From contig OZ024744.1 in assembly GCA_964016885.1 (NCBI GenBank), positions 103,664,001-103,728,000 of the forward strand: DNA of 64,000 bases, in the 5' to 3' direction. This DNA comes from Eledone cirrhosa. Its lineage: Eukaryota. Made by a program: the position numbers and the translations under genes. The notes beneath the pieces were generated by a model. It did no database searches and was not told the DNA's origin. It saw nothing but the letters and a program-made list of their open reading frames with translations. Shown here piece by piece: positions 50,244-62,599 of the stretch (its first letter is position 1; the number at the start of each line of letters is the position of its first letter).

Positions 50244-50282
50244 AATTATTACCCCTGGAAGTTGGAGAGAAATCTAAGGAGG
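50244..50282 (+). CDS. Host-gene micro-exon E6 (39 nt, phase 1-1): ELLPLEVGEKSKE
   Basis: cctttgcaaatatcag acceptor; GG|GTAAGT donor; 2+12x3+1 nt. Confidence 0.7.
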
Positions 50283-50814
50283 GTAAGTTATAATTAAAAC
50301 ATACTTTGAAATTCTGTTTTGTGTGTAAACATGTATCTTCTGTTTAATTTGTTTGTATGTATGTATAGATGTAACATGTATATATACATATATATGTGTG
50401 TGTATTTCAGCTTTTAAAATAGGTACACCAAATGTTGTAAGAGGTAACTAAAAGGTTTCATGTCAGGAAGGACTTCTACCAGTAAAACCTTGTCTCAAAA
50501 TATCCTGTCCACCCCATTCCTGCTTGGAAAGGTTGGTGTAAAAGATGATGACGGTATATAGATATATATATCATCAGCATTGTTGTTTAACGTCCGCTTT
50601 CCCTGCTAACAAGGGTTGGAGGGGTTCATATAGACCTTTGTTTGGCAGCTCTCTATGGCCAGTTGCCGCTCCTGATATGAGCCACTTTACAGCATGTACT
50701 GAGTGCTTTTATCATCTAGATCACCATCAGTAGGGAGGTTGCCACGTCCTTCATACAACTGAAGGGCCCTCCCAACCCTTTGTTTAGCAAGATTTCTACA
50801 GGTTGGTACCTTTA

Positions 50815-51870
50815 ATGTATAGATAAGAACATATCCTATGGTGGAATCTGTAACAAGGTATGCGTAACCAGGGAATAATACACCTGATTAAGAAAAATAC
50901 GGTCATCTGAAATCTCTATGCACAATAAAAGCTCACAATGTGATTGCTGTGCCTGCCATAACACCAGCGCTTGGAATACTCAATTGGACGATAAACAAAA
51001 CACCGGCACTGTCCACATCAACAGTGACATAGACCTCCTCTACTTGAAATGTAAGCAGGTGGAGGTGGGTAGAGGCCTAACATAAGTCCAGACAGTATTT
51101 AAGTGTCCCATCATATCCCTCTGACAACATCTACTAGATTCCAAGCATTGTAGTTCATCTATTGAACAAGTCTGTCTGCATGAAACAGATAAAATCATGA
51201 GAGTTGGGAAGGAACTCCTAGATGTGATAACAAGTGCAGACTCTGCAGAATTAACATCGAAGATGTCACCCATATCATAAGCAGCTGTCCAAAGATGTCA
51301 TCACGGTACTATCTACCTATGAGGCATGATGTAGTGGCCAAAACACTGTACAATGCAATCCATAGAAAAGATAGCCCATACAATAAACACTTTAAAATTT
51401 ACTGCAATGTGGAAGACATACATGTACATAATATGAAAGAGTACTTGTGGAATGTTCCAGTAAAAACCCCAATAAAATGCAGGCATAACAGACCAGATAT
51501 AATGATATGGGACCAGGAAAAGAAGGCATGCACAGTAATGGAAGTCAGTTGCCCAGCAGATGCCAATATAATATCAAAGATTAATGAAAAGGAGAATATT
51601 TATGCAGGACTAATGAGAAATCTGCAGATACTCCTCCACCCTGACTTTAAACTTCAGATTTATGCCTGCGATTATTGGGGCACTGGGGTATGTTAGTAAC
51701 TGCCTCAATACAAATCTTGAGAAGCTGGGCTTCACAGAAACAGAAAGGAAGACATGCATTCATATCTACCTAGTTGATGTTTAAGTTCCAATGAAAGAGT
51801 CATGTGTCTATGTTAGAATCCAACTATCTCTCTATTGGTAAAAATTTATAAAATTATAAAACCAGAACAA
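50815..51870 (+). mobile_element. Internally deleted R4-like LINE 3' fragment
   Basis: RHDVVAK, HNRPDIMIWD, EVSCP; ends at a CATA-rich tract. Confidence 0.8.
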
Positions 51871-52559
51871 TATACACATATATACATACATACATGATGG
51901 GTGCAAACTCTGCTAAGAGTATTGCAATCGCTTGTCAGATTACAGAAAGTGGTGGACTTTTTTTAGGCTACGGCCAGCCACACGAACCAGTAACAGATTC
52001 TGAACAAGTACTGCCTCTGCTTTGAAGGTTTTTTAAGTGGGAAAAGGCCTTTCACTCGACCAATCCCACTCTCTGAGCATTAAAAACACTACCCGAGATG
52101 GGAACTGGTCCAGATCATTGGATGCTTCTGAAGCCGCAGGGTTTTTACAGAGGTTCCCTCTCCTAGAAAAGTGTTGTAACAACAAATGGGGGCCTTTCGC
52201 TCCCAGACAAAAATGAAAAAAAAAATACTATTTGAATGGCTGATGATTCTGCTGAGTTCCTCCAGCCTTTGCTGGGTCTTGTATTTCATCCTTCAGGGTG
52301 TCCAAATATGACCCTCCTCACCATACAAGCTTGGTGGGGTTGCCAGTTTAGTCACCGACGACCCGACCATGAGTTGTACTGGGTTACATGTTACCATTAG
52401 TACTCGAGAGCGACCTGACATACATACATGCATATATACAACTATATTAAAAAAACAATTGAACCTCATTACACAATTTTCTGCAGACATCAATGAAATT
52501 TGGACCCATAAACAAGGAGGGAACCAAAACTGAATACCCCAGGAGAGTAAAGAAAATAT

Positions 52560-53990
52560 GGTCATCATTGCCCACAATACTTATGCTGTGCCAAGCCTAA
52601 CACCAACATTTGGTCTGCTGAACTGGTCATTGTAAGAGATAAATGTAAGAACTCACAAGCTACTCAGTGTTACTGGAAACTTTAACATCAATGGTGATAA
52701 GGTCAGGCTATATTTCTCAGGCAAGGAAGGGGGCTGGGGTCTAAAATTCATATTAACATCATATGAGACCCAGATAGTAACACTGAAGCAACATCTTCAA
52801 CAGACGAAAAAGTTCAGCAAACATCTTGCCCAGGTTTATGAGCATGAAGGAAATAATATTAGGATAGCCACTGATCTGGAGGAGAGATATGGAATAAGGC
52901 CTGATATAAATCTCTCTCCCACGGCCATTAGATGATCTTAGTCAATGCTCGAACAACATAAGAAAATGGATCAATTTACAGAGAAAGTTGTGCATGAGTA
53001 CCTGAGACAAAAAACACAGACCATAGACGGGATAAATCATTCAAAAAGCCTGGCATGGAGTTCCAACAAGTTTATGACATCCCACCTTGAAGGATATCTC
53101 TATGTAATACAGGAACAAGAACTCCCTACCAAATATCTGCTACACAAAAGAGGAAGGCCATCAGTCAACAATAAATGTAGGCTATGTAAAACAAAGAATG
53201 AAGATGTTAGCCTCATTATTGCCAACTGTGAAAGAATGTCATCTCGTTACTACCTCCCTATAAGACACAATGTCATAGCTAGAACCATCTGGAATGCACT
53301 AAGGAAAACAAAATTTAAAACAAATGAGAAGGAATATGTTGAGATAGATGGCACTAAGGAATACTGGTGGAACCTGAAAATAAAATCTGCCATCAAATTA
53401 AAGCACAACCAGCCTGATTTTGTTGTTTGGGACCACATATTGAAGATGTGCTCTGTTGTAGAGATCAGCTGCCCACTTGATGTCAACGTTGTAAGAAAAA
53501 TACAAGAGAAGGACATCTAAGGGCCATTGATGAGGAGTTTATAGATCCAGTATCCAAGATACAACTTCAGCTTCATACCCATCATTATTGGAGCTAGATT
53601 GGCAGTATCAGTAGAGAGTCGGACGCCATGCTTTCCAGCATAGTTACGTCCCTTTACGATCTGAGTTCAAATCCCGCCGAGGTTAACTTTGCCTTTCATC
53701 CTTACGGGGTCGATAAAATAAAGTACCAGTAATGTACTGGGTAATTACTGGCCTTGTGCCAAAAAGTAGAAACAATTATTGGAGCTACAGGTTATATACC
53801 AACCTGCTTGGACCAAAGTATAACTGAACTTGGATTTATAGACTACATATGGCTGCAATAGCTGGCACCTTCAAAATTTGCAAAACATTATTACAATTCA
53901 AGGGATGACAATTTCTTTTCTTTTACAACCTTGCTACCACAAAGGTGGCCGGTCTAAAATGTACTCAGAATTAAGAGAAAGAGAAACATA
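52560..53990 (+). mobile_element. Second, diverged R4-like LINE family, 3' fragment
   Basis: IQEQEL, CRLC...IIANC, RHN, HNQPDFVVWD, EISCP, PIIIGA. Confidence 0.8.
53597..53774 (+). mobile_element. Full-length tRNA-derived SINE with TSD
   Basis: 13-bp TSD ATTATTGGAGCTA (53584-53596, 53775-53787); B box GTTCAAATC. Confidence 0.9.
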
Positions 53991-54713
53991 CATGCATGCA
54001 TATATACATAGTCAACACGATCAGTCGCACATTTTTGCGTCAGAGACTATTCATTAAATTTAAGATGAATATTATCTCTGAGAGTAATGCCACACAACTA
54101 CCAGCCATGTTGAATAACTGGTTATTCTTCTAACTATATCTACGGAAGACACCTTTTATTCGAATTCGTAGAGATATCCGACTAAATACATAATTCATTT
54201 TACAAGGATTTGCTACAAACAGCATGGCTGAACACAGGATCAACAACAACATCAGTGGAATACCAAAGAAAAACGAGAAAGGTAAACAAAATTTATTCAG
54301 CTACAGAAGAAACCGAAATTATAAATCGCATTTCTCTTGGAGTTGCGAACTTAATGATGCTTTGTTTAATTGTTATGAAATGACAAAAAAAAATCCCTCC
54401 ATTGGCTATATGAACAGAATAAAGCTACACTGGGACGAAATACACCCAGAGCTAAATCACTTCACAGCGAAACAATTACGCCAACAAGCGACATTTGTTG
54501 AACGTAAAAATAAGATGAATATTATTAATTGTAAGACCTCCAGAACAAACATGTTATGAACAACACGTGCTACAGGCCGCCATGCTACTAGACTTCCTAG
54601 CAGCCAGGTCAAACACTGCCTTTGAACAAGTATGCCTGTAAGAAATTTGACACTACGTGTACCATCTGAGTCTACCTCGACTGTTGTGGAAAAACACTAT
54701 CGATAATAATAAT

Positions 54714-54894
54714 AATTGTTTCTACTTTAGGCACAAGGCCAGCAATTACCCAGTGCATTACTGGTACTTTATTTTATCGACCCCGTAAGGATGAAAGGCA
54801 AAGTCAACCCCGGCGGGATTTGAACTCAGATCGTAAAGGGACGTAACTATGCTGGAAAGCATGGCGTCCGACCCTCTACCGGTACTGCCAATCC
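54714..54894 (-). mobile_element. Full-length tRNA-derived SINE
   Basis: Reverse complement of the SINE at 53597. Confidence 0.9.
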
Positions 54895-55455
54895 ACCGTC
54901 AAAGAAATTTGACACCATGTGTCCCATCCGAGTCTACCTCGACTGTTGTGGAAAATACTATCGATAATGATAATAATCAAAAGTATAAACAATTGAAAAT
55001 TTCCCTCAAAGAAATCTTCCAGAGAGAAATTAATTCATGTATAAACATTTCTCTTGCTGAATGTATTAAAACAACAATATTTAATAAAAAAACAAATAAT
55101 GAAATATTACGTGTTATTGACGAAATAAGGGATGAATATTTACGACGGATAAAAATCCCAACATCTTGGCAAATCAACGCCTGTTTATATGCCTTAGCAA
55201 CGACAGTGAAGCATTATCTTGGTGACAGCAGAGATATTAACGAGAACAAAACACCACCAAAAATACCATCATATATAACTAAAATAGAAAAAAGATTGCT
55301 GACCTACGAAAAACCATAGGATATGTGACAATGCTCCGTACATGCAAACAAATACAAAAAAACTTCACTCCTCACCAACAAAGAGTGAAAAATAAAATAG
55401 AGATAATGTTTGGTAACAGTAGAACCAGAACTCTTCAATATAAGCTGATCACCCT

Positions 55456-56198
55456 TATTACGGCGGCGAAGATTCAAAACCGAATCTGAGCTTTCCCGCC
55501 TCTGGGACAGGCCGTGTTGAGTTGTTTACGCTCGACAGACCAGCCCCTTGGGAGATGCTAAATACAGGTCAGAGGTGTTTACGCCTGACAGAAAATAGGT
55601 CAGAGGATATATCCATCTTTCTGAGTTGTTTACGCCTAGCAAACCAACCCCTTGGGAGATACTAACCAAAGGTCAGAGGATATATCTATCCTTCTAACTT
55701 CAACCCTTATAAATACAAGTCTTGTTTACGCCCCGACAGAAAAAGTGTTACCACGGACAAGACGGACATTTCACCTACTCTGACAAATCTCTCTTCACGA
55801 AAAACGTCTGTCACTATTTCTCACACGCCTGACTTAGTTATTACTACTACTGTTAAATCAAGAAAGTATAGAAATACGCACACACGCATTCATAGTAAGT
55901 TCACACTGTTTGCATTTTTACATGCACCATTTCTGTCATTCACATTGTATCTTTCGGATACAGTACAAATTATATTATAATCGTATTCTGTGATACTTGT
56001 ATTTACGTGGCTCGAAGAGCCACCTACTTGTACAAATATTTCATGTTATAGATTTTATCATTCAACATTCAAATTGAATATTGTTATAATAAAATAAACA
56101 TTGTAACAACACAATCCTGGTATTATTCTTTGCATTGAAACCATCATACCAACAATTCCATCTATCCACTATCCGTTACAACTCAAATATTCGTTACA
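55456..56198. mobile_element. Solo LTR (743 bp)
   Basis: Termini TATTACG...CGTTACA; 4-bp TSD CCCT; removing it restores the LINE frame (LITLKQEL). Confidence 0.8.
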
Positions 56199-56799
56199 CC
56201 CTCAAACAAGAATTGAGAGCTGTTAGCGAAAAACGCTGATACATGAAGAAGGTAGATGAAAGGAAAGTGCTTAATAAAAGATTCAGACGAAACCAAACAT
56301 CAGTCTATAGAGATATGAAGGGCAAAATAATAAGTGTCACTGAGGCCCCATCCCAGAAAGACATAGATTCCTTTTGGAGAAAAATATGGGATGAAAAGAA
56401 GAATTTCAAACAAGATGCAGTGTGGCTAAAAGAAATCCAAAAGGACTATTGCTCTTACACTACAACAAAAACATACAAAATAAGTGAGGGTACCCTTGAG
56501 ACTGTGATAGGAAAACTCCAAGATAAGAAAACACCAGGAAGAGACATGATTGTCGGCTACTGGTACAAAAAACTGATATTCTATCGGAGGTATCTTACGG
56601 ACCTCTACCAACAAGTTCTTAAGTGAGATACACTTATACCAGAATGGTTGACATTAGCACAAACATTAATGGTCCCAAGAACAAAGACACCCACTTGGCA
56701 AAAAAACTACCGACCCATTGCATGCCAGAACCTGATGTATAAGATGTATACAGCCTGCCTGAACCTATTCCTCCAAGATCACTGTGAAAATAATTACAT

Positions 56800-57161
56800 T
56801 GTAGTGCCCCCACCCCCTTGTGGGGAACATCAGAACTAAAATAAAAGTTGCGTCCCTTTGTGACGGTAGTGACCCATGGTGTCACCTACAGGATGTAATT
56901 GGAGTTATATCCTTTTGGCCACTATAAGTAAGTGGCTGAAAGATCAACTCTCTCTCTTTGACACAACACACCAGAATGCAGAGCAAATCCTCAACTCACC
57001 AACAGCCTAAGGAGACTCCAGCCTCCTCACTATGAATTGTAAAATATATGTACGTTTCATTATTCACTTCTATGAAGTAAACCAGTATAAACACACACTG
57101 CTATTCTTATTCTTTGTACAATTGTAACACAAATATGTTTACTAATATCAACCATTCTAAA
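56800..57161. mobile_element. Solo LTR (362 bp)
   Basis: Termini TGTAG...CTAAA (decayed CTACA); 4-bp TSD ACAT; removing it restores NYIITDEQA. Confidence 0.8.
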
Positions 57162-59290
57162 ACATCATCACAGATGAACAAGCAGCTAGAAAGAAAGGGG
57201 TTTGGGGATGTTCTGAACAACTCCTAATCAACAAAACTGCGATGTCGGAGGTGCAACAACTTAGGAGGAATATGGCTACAGTCTGGCTGGACTATAGGGA
57301 AGCTTTTGATTCTGTTCCCCACTCTTGGATGATAGAGGCCCTCCAACTTGCTAAAGTCCCAGGCATTATTATCAGAGCCATAGAGAGGCTGTCTTCTTCT
57401 TGGGCTACTATCCTAAGGTTAAAGACAGAGAGGGAGGACTCTATTTTCACTGATAAAATAGAATATCACAGGGGTATATTTGAAGGAGACAGTCTCTCTG
57501 TGATATTATTCATCTTGTCATTAAACCCCTTGTCCTTTCTGCTCAAGAAATGTTAAGGATACATCATTGGCTCACAGGAGGACAGAAATACGAACCTAAC
57601 CCATAATTTCTTAGTGGATGATCTGAAACATGGGTGGGATGAAGAAAAATCTTGACCTGGTTACAACATTCTCAAAGGATATAGGAATGGAGTTTGGCCA
57701 AGATAAATGCTCATATATGGCTGTAAGGCGTAGAAAAACAACAACCCAATCTAGCAACATTTGTATCAATGGCCTAACTGTTTCACCAAAATCTGATGAG
57801 GACTGCTACAGATATCTGGGGATAGATGAGAACATATCCTATAATGGTATCTGTAATAAGGAACGCATAACCAGGGAATACTACACCCGATTAAGAAAGA
57901 TATGGTCATCCGAAATCTCTGTGCAAAACAAACAGTGGCTCACAATGTGTTTGCTGTGCCTATCCTATCACCAACTTTTGGAATACTCAATTGGACGATA
58001 GACGAAATCTAAGCAGTTGATGTTAGAACTTGAAAAATACTAAACAACACTGGAAACTTCCACATCAACAGTGACATAGACCGCCTTTACTTGAAACGTA
58101 AGCAGGGAGGCAGAGGCCTAACATCAATCCAGACAGTATTTGAATGTTGCATCATATCCCTCCGACATCATCTATTGAACAAGTCTATCTGCTTGAGACA
58201 GATAAGATCATGAGAGTTGGGAAGGAACTCGTCGAGAGATATTCCCTGTGTGATAATCAAAAACTCACACCAAGAGAAGTTGCTCAGCAGTATCGCAGTG
58301 AATCCATGGATGAAAAACTGCATACTTATCAGCAAAATATCATGCATGGATATGTTGCCAGGAAGCTCCAGAGTGAGAGTAATATAGATAAAGAAAGTAG
58401 TCTATCTTGTACCAACAACCGCTATATTGGCTCCCACTTTGAAGGATATGCATTTGCAATCCAACAACAGGAAATTAACACAAAATACCTGATTCACAAA
58501 AGAGATAGGGATGCAGGCAAAACACCTAGATGTGATAACAAGTCCAGACTCTGCAGAATTAACATCGAAGATGTCACCCATGTCATAATCAGCTGTCCAA
58601 AGATGTCATCGCGGTACTATCTACATATGAGGCATGATGTAGTGGCCAAAACACTGTACAATGCAATCCATAGAAAAGATAGCGCCGATAATAAACATAT
58701 TAAAAGCTACAGCAATGTGGAAGACATACATATACATAATATGAAAGAGTACTGCTAGAATGTTCCAGTAAAAACCCCAATAAAATGCAGGCATAACAGA
58801 CCAGATATTATGATATGGGACAGGGAAAAGAAGGCATGCACAGTAGTGGAAGTTAGCAGCCTAGCAGATGCCAATATAATATCAAAGATTAGCAAAAAGG
58901 AGAATATTTATGCAGCACTGATAAGAAATCTGCAGATACTGCACCCTGATTATACCTTTCAGATTTATGCCTGTGATTATTGGGGCACTGGGATATGTGA
59001 GTAACTGCCTCAATACAAATCTTGAGAAGCTGGGTTTCACAGGAACGGAAAGAACAGAACTAGTTAGGAAATTACAAGTACAATCCATTAATGCAGACAT
59101 GCATACATATCTACCTAGTTGATGTTGTGTAAATTCCAATGAGAGAGTCTTGTGTCTATGTTAGAAACCGACTCTCTCTCTATTGGCAAAAATTTGTGAA
59201 ATTATAAAACCAGAAGAACATGTATGTATAATTATAAACCAGAAGAACAATGTATGTATGTATGCATACATACATACATACATACATACA

Positions 59291-61385
59291 TTTTGATTCT
59301 GTTCCCCACTCTTGGATGATAGAGGCCCTCCAACTTGCTAAAGTCCCAGACATTATTGTCAGAGCCATAGAGAGGCTGTCTTCTTCTTGGGCTACTATCC
59401 TAAGGTTAAAGACAGAGAGGGAGGACTCTATTTTCACTGATAAAATAAAATATTGCAGGGGTGTATTTCGGGGGACAGTCTCTCTGTGATATTGTTCATC
59501 TTGTCATTAAACCCCTTGTCCTTTCTGCTCAAGAAATGTGAGGTATACATCATTGGTATACAGGAGGACAGAAATACGAACTTAACCCATAATTTCTTTG
59601 TGGACGATCTGAAACTCTATGCCAAGAACATGGATGGGATGAAGAAAAATCTTGACCTGGTTACAACGTTCTCAAAGGATGTAGGAATGGAGTTTGGCCA
59701 AGATAAATGCTCATACATGACTGTAAAGCGGGGAAAAACAACAACCCAATCTAGCAACATTGTCATCAATAGTCTAACTGTTTCACCGATATCTGATGAG
59801 GGCTGCTACAGATACCTGGGGATAGATGAGAACATATCCTATAATGGTATCTGTAATAAAGAACACGTAACCAGGGAATACTACACACGATTAAAAAAGA
59901 TCTGGTCATCGGAACTCTCTGCGCAAAACAAAACAGTGGCTTACAATGTGTTTGCTGTGCCTGTCCTAACACCAACGTTTGGAATACTCAATTGGACGAT
60001 AGATGAAATCCGAGCAGTTAATGTTGGAACTCGAAAAATACTAAACAACACCGGAAACTTCCACATCAACAGTGACATAGACCGCCTTTACTTGAAACGT
60101 AAGCAGGGAGGCAGAGGCCTAACATCAGTCCAGGCAAGATTTGAATGTCGCATCATATCTCTCCGACAACATCTATGAACCTCAAAGTATAAGAGCCCGT
60201 TTCTCGAGCAAGTCTATCTGCATGAAACAGATAAGATCATGAGAGTTGGAAAGGAACTCCTTGAGAGATATTCCCTGTGTGATAATCAAAAACTCACACC
60301 CAGGGATGTCGCTCAGCAGTATCGTAGTGAATCCATGGATGAAAAACTGCATGCCTATCAGCAAAAAATCATGCATGGATATGTTGCCAGGAAGCTCCAG
60401 AGTGAGAGTAATATAGATAAGGAAAGTAGTCTATCTTGGACCAACAATCGCTATATTGGCTCCCATTTTGAAGGATATGTTTTTGCAATCCAGGAACAGG
60501 AGATTAGCACGAAATACCTGATTCACAAAAGAGATAGGGATGCAGGCAAAACACCTAGATGTGATAACAAGTGCAGACTCTGCAGAACTAACATCAAGGA
60601 TATCACCCATGTCATCAGCAGCTATCCAAAGATGTCATCGCGGTACTATCTACCTATGAGGCATGATGCAGTGACCAAAACACTGTACAATGCAGTTCGT
60701 AAAAAATATAGCCCCGATAATAAACACATTAAAAGCTACAACAATGTGGAAGACATCCATGTACATAATATGAAAGAGTACTGGTGGAATGTTCCAGTAA
60801 AAACCCCAATAAAATGCAGGCATAACAGACCAGATATTATGATATGGGACAGGGAGAAGAAAATATGCATAGTAGTGGAAGTTAGCTACCCAGCAGATGC
60901 CAATATTATATCAAAGATTAGTGAAAAGGAGAATATTTATGCAGAACTGATGAGAAATATGCAGATACTCCATCCTGATTACACTTTCAGATTTATGCCT
61001 GTGATTATTGGGGCACTGGGATATGTTAGTAACTGCCTCAATACAAATCTTGAGAAGCTAGGCCTCACAGGAACAGCAAGAACACAACTAGTTAGGAAAT
61101 TACAAGTACAATCCATTAATCGTACAGTAAAAATATGTAAAACATTCCAAAAATTTTGCATCTAATAACTGCATATACAGATGCACAGCATATACACATG
61201 CACACATACAACTCAAAATATACACATCCACACATACAGTAACATCCATATCTACACATGCATGCAGATATACATATCTACCTATTTGATGTTGTGTAAA
61301 TTCCAATGAGAGTCTTGTGTCTATGTTAGAAACCGACTCCCTCTCTATTGGTAAAACTTTGTGAAATTATAAAACCAGAAGAACA
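59291..61385 (+). mobile_element. 5'-truncated tandem copy of the R4-clade LINE
   Basis: FFVDD, YRYLG, CRLC..., HNRPD; both junctions lie in (CATA)n. Confidence 0.9.
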
Positions 61386-61414
61386 TACATACATACATAC
61401 ATACAAGCACACAT

Positions 61415-61479
<65 letters not shown>

Positions 61480-61560
61480 TATATGTATATATTTATGTAA
61501 GATTGCTTCTTTTTATTTAATATGATTCATTCTCATTCCATTCTTTCTTGGAAGCTGCAG

Positions 61561-61575
61561 AGAGATCTAGAAAGG
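61561..61575 (+). CDS. Host-gene micro-exon E7 (15 nt, or 21 nt from 61555; phase 1-1): ERSRK
   Basis: ttctttcttggaagctgcag acceptor; GG|GTAAGT donor; ~520 bp of downstream intron near-identical to that of E6. Confidence 0.68.
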
Positions 61576-62599
61576 GTAAGTTATAATTAAAACATACTCT
61601 GAAATTCTGTTTTGTGTGTAAACATGTATCTTCTGTTTAATTTGTTTGTATGTATGTATAGATGTAACATATATATATACATATGTGTGTGTATTGCAGC
61701 TTTTAAAATAGGTACACCAAATGTAAGAGGTAACTAAAAGGTTTTGTGTCGGGCAGGACTTCTACCAGTAAAACCTTGTCTCAAAAAATCCTGTCCACCT
61801 GATTCCTGCTTGGAAAGGTTGGTGTAAAAGATGATGACGGTATATAGATATATATATCATCAGCATTGTTGTTTAACGTCCGCTTTCCCTGCTAACAAGG
61901 GTTTGAGGGGTTCATATAGACCTTTGTTTGGCAAGCTCTCTATGGCCAGTTGCCGCTCCTGATATGAGCCACTTTACAGCATGTACTGAGTGCTTTTATC
62001 ATCTAGATCACCATCACTAGGAAGGTTGCCATGTCCTTCATACAATTGAAGGGCCCTCCCAACCCTTTGTTTAGTAAGATTTCTACAGGTTGGTTCAATT
62101 CCTATCACCCACTATTTAACAATGTGTAGTGGGTACATTTCTCATGTAGATCACAACACTAAAGAGGTTGTTGTGTCATTGATACAACTGAAGGGTCCTA
62201 CCAACCCTTTTAGGTATAGTTTCTACAGCAGGGTGCTATTCATGTCGACAACCAACATTACAGAGTGTACTGGGTGCATTTACTTGGCAGTGTCACTAGA
62301 GAGGTTTTCAGTCATAGTCATATTGGAAGATCCCTCTCTGCCCAGGGGATGGGGCAATATGGGAAGGAGATTGAATTGAAGTTATAGATGTATGAGGTGA
62401 TTTGGCAGGGCAATGAGTAATGAGTAAGGGTTGCTGATTAGTGTATGGTGGTGTAGTGGTTTTGGGTAGTGCTTCATAGAGTGCTGGGTTGAGAGTGATG
62501 GAAAGATTGGTATGGGGTGATGGTGTGATCAAAGAGACTAGGGAGAGGTTCTGGATACATGCATATATGCATGCATACATACATACATGCATACATACA

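Larger units (their letters stand above)
54010..59220 (+). mobile_element. Near full-length R4-clade LINE, disrupted by a SINE and two solo LTRs
   Basis: N-terminal WSCELNDALFNCY...GYMNR...W...TAKQLRQQ; KTPGRD, NYRPIAC, WLDYREAFD, GDSLS, VDD, RYLG; zinc knuckle and RPD endonuclease motif. Confidence 0.9.
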
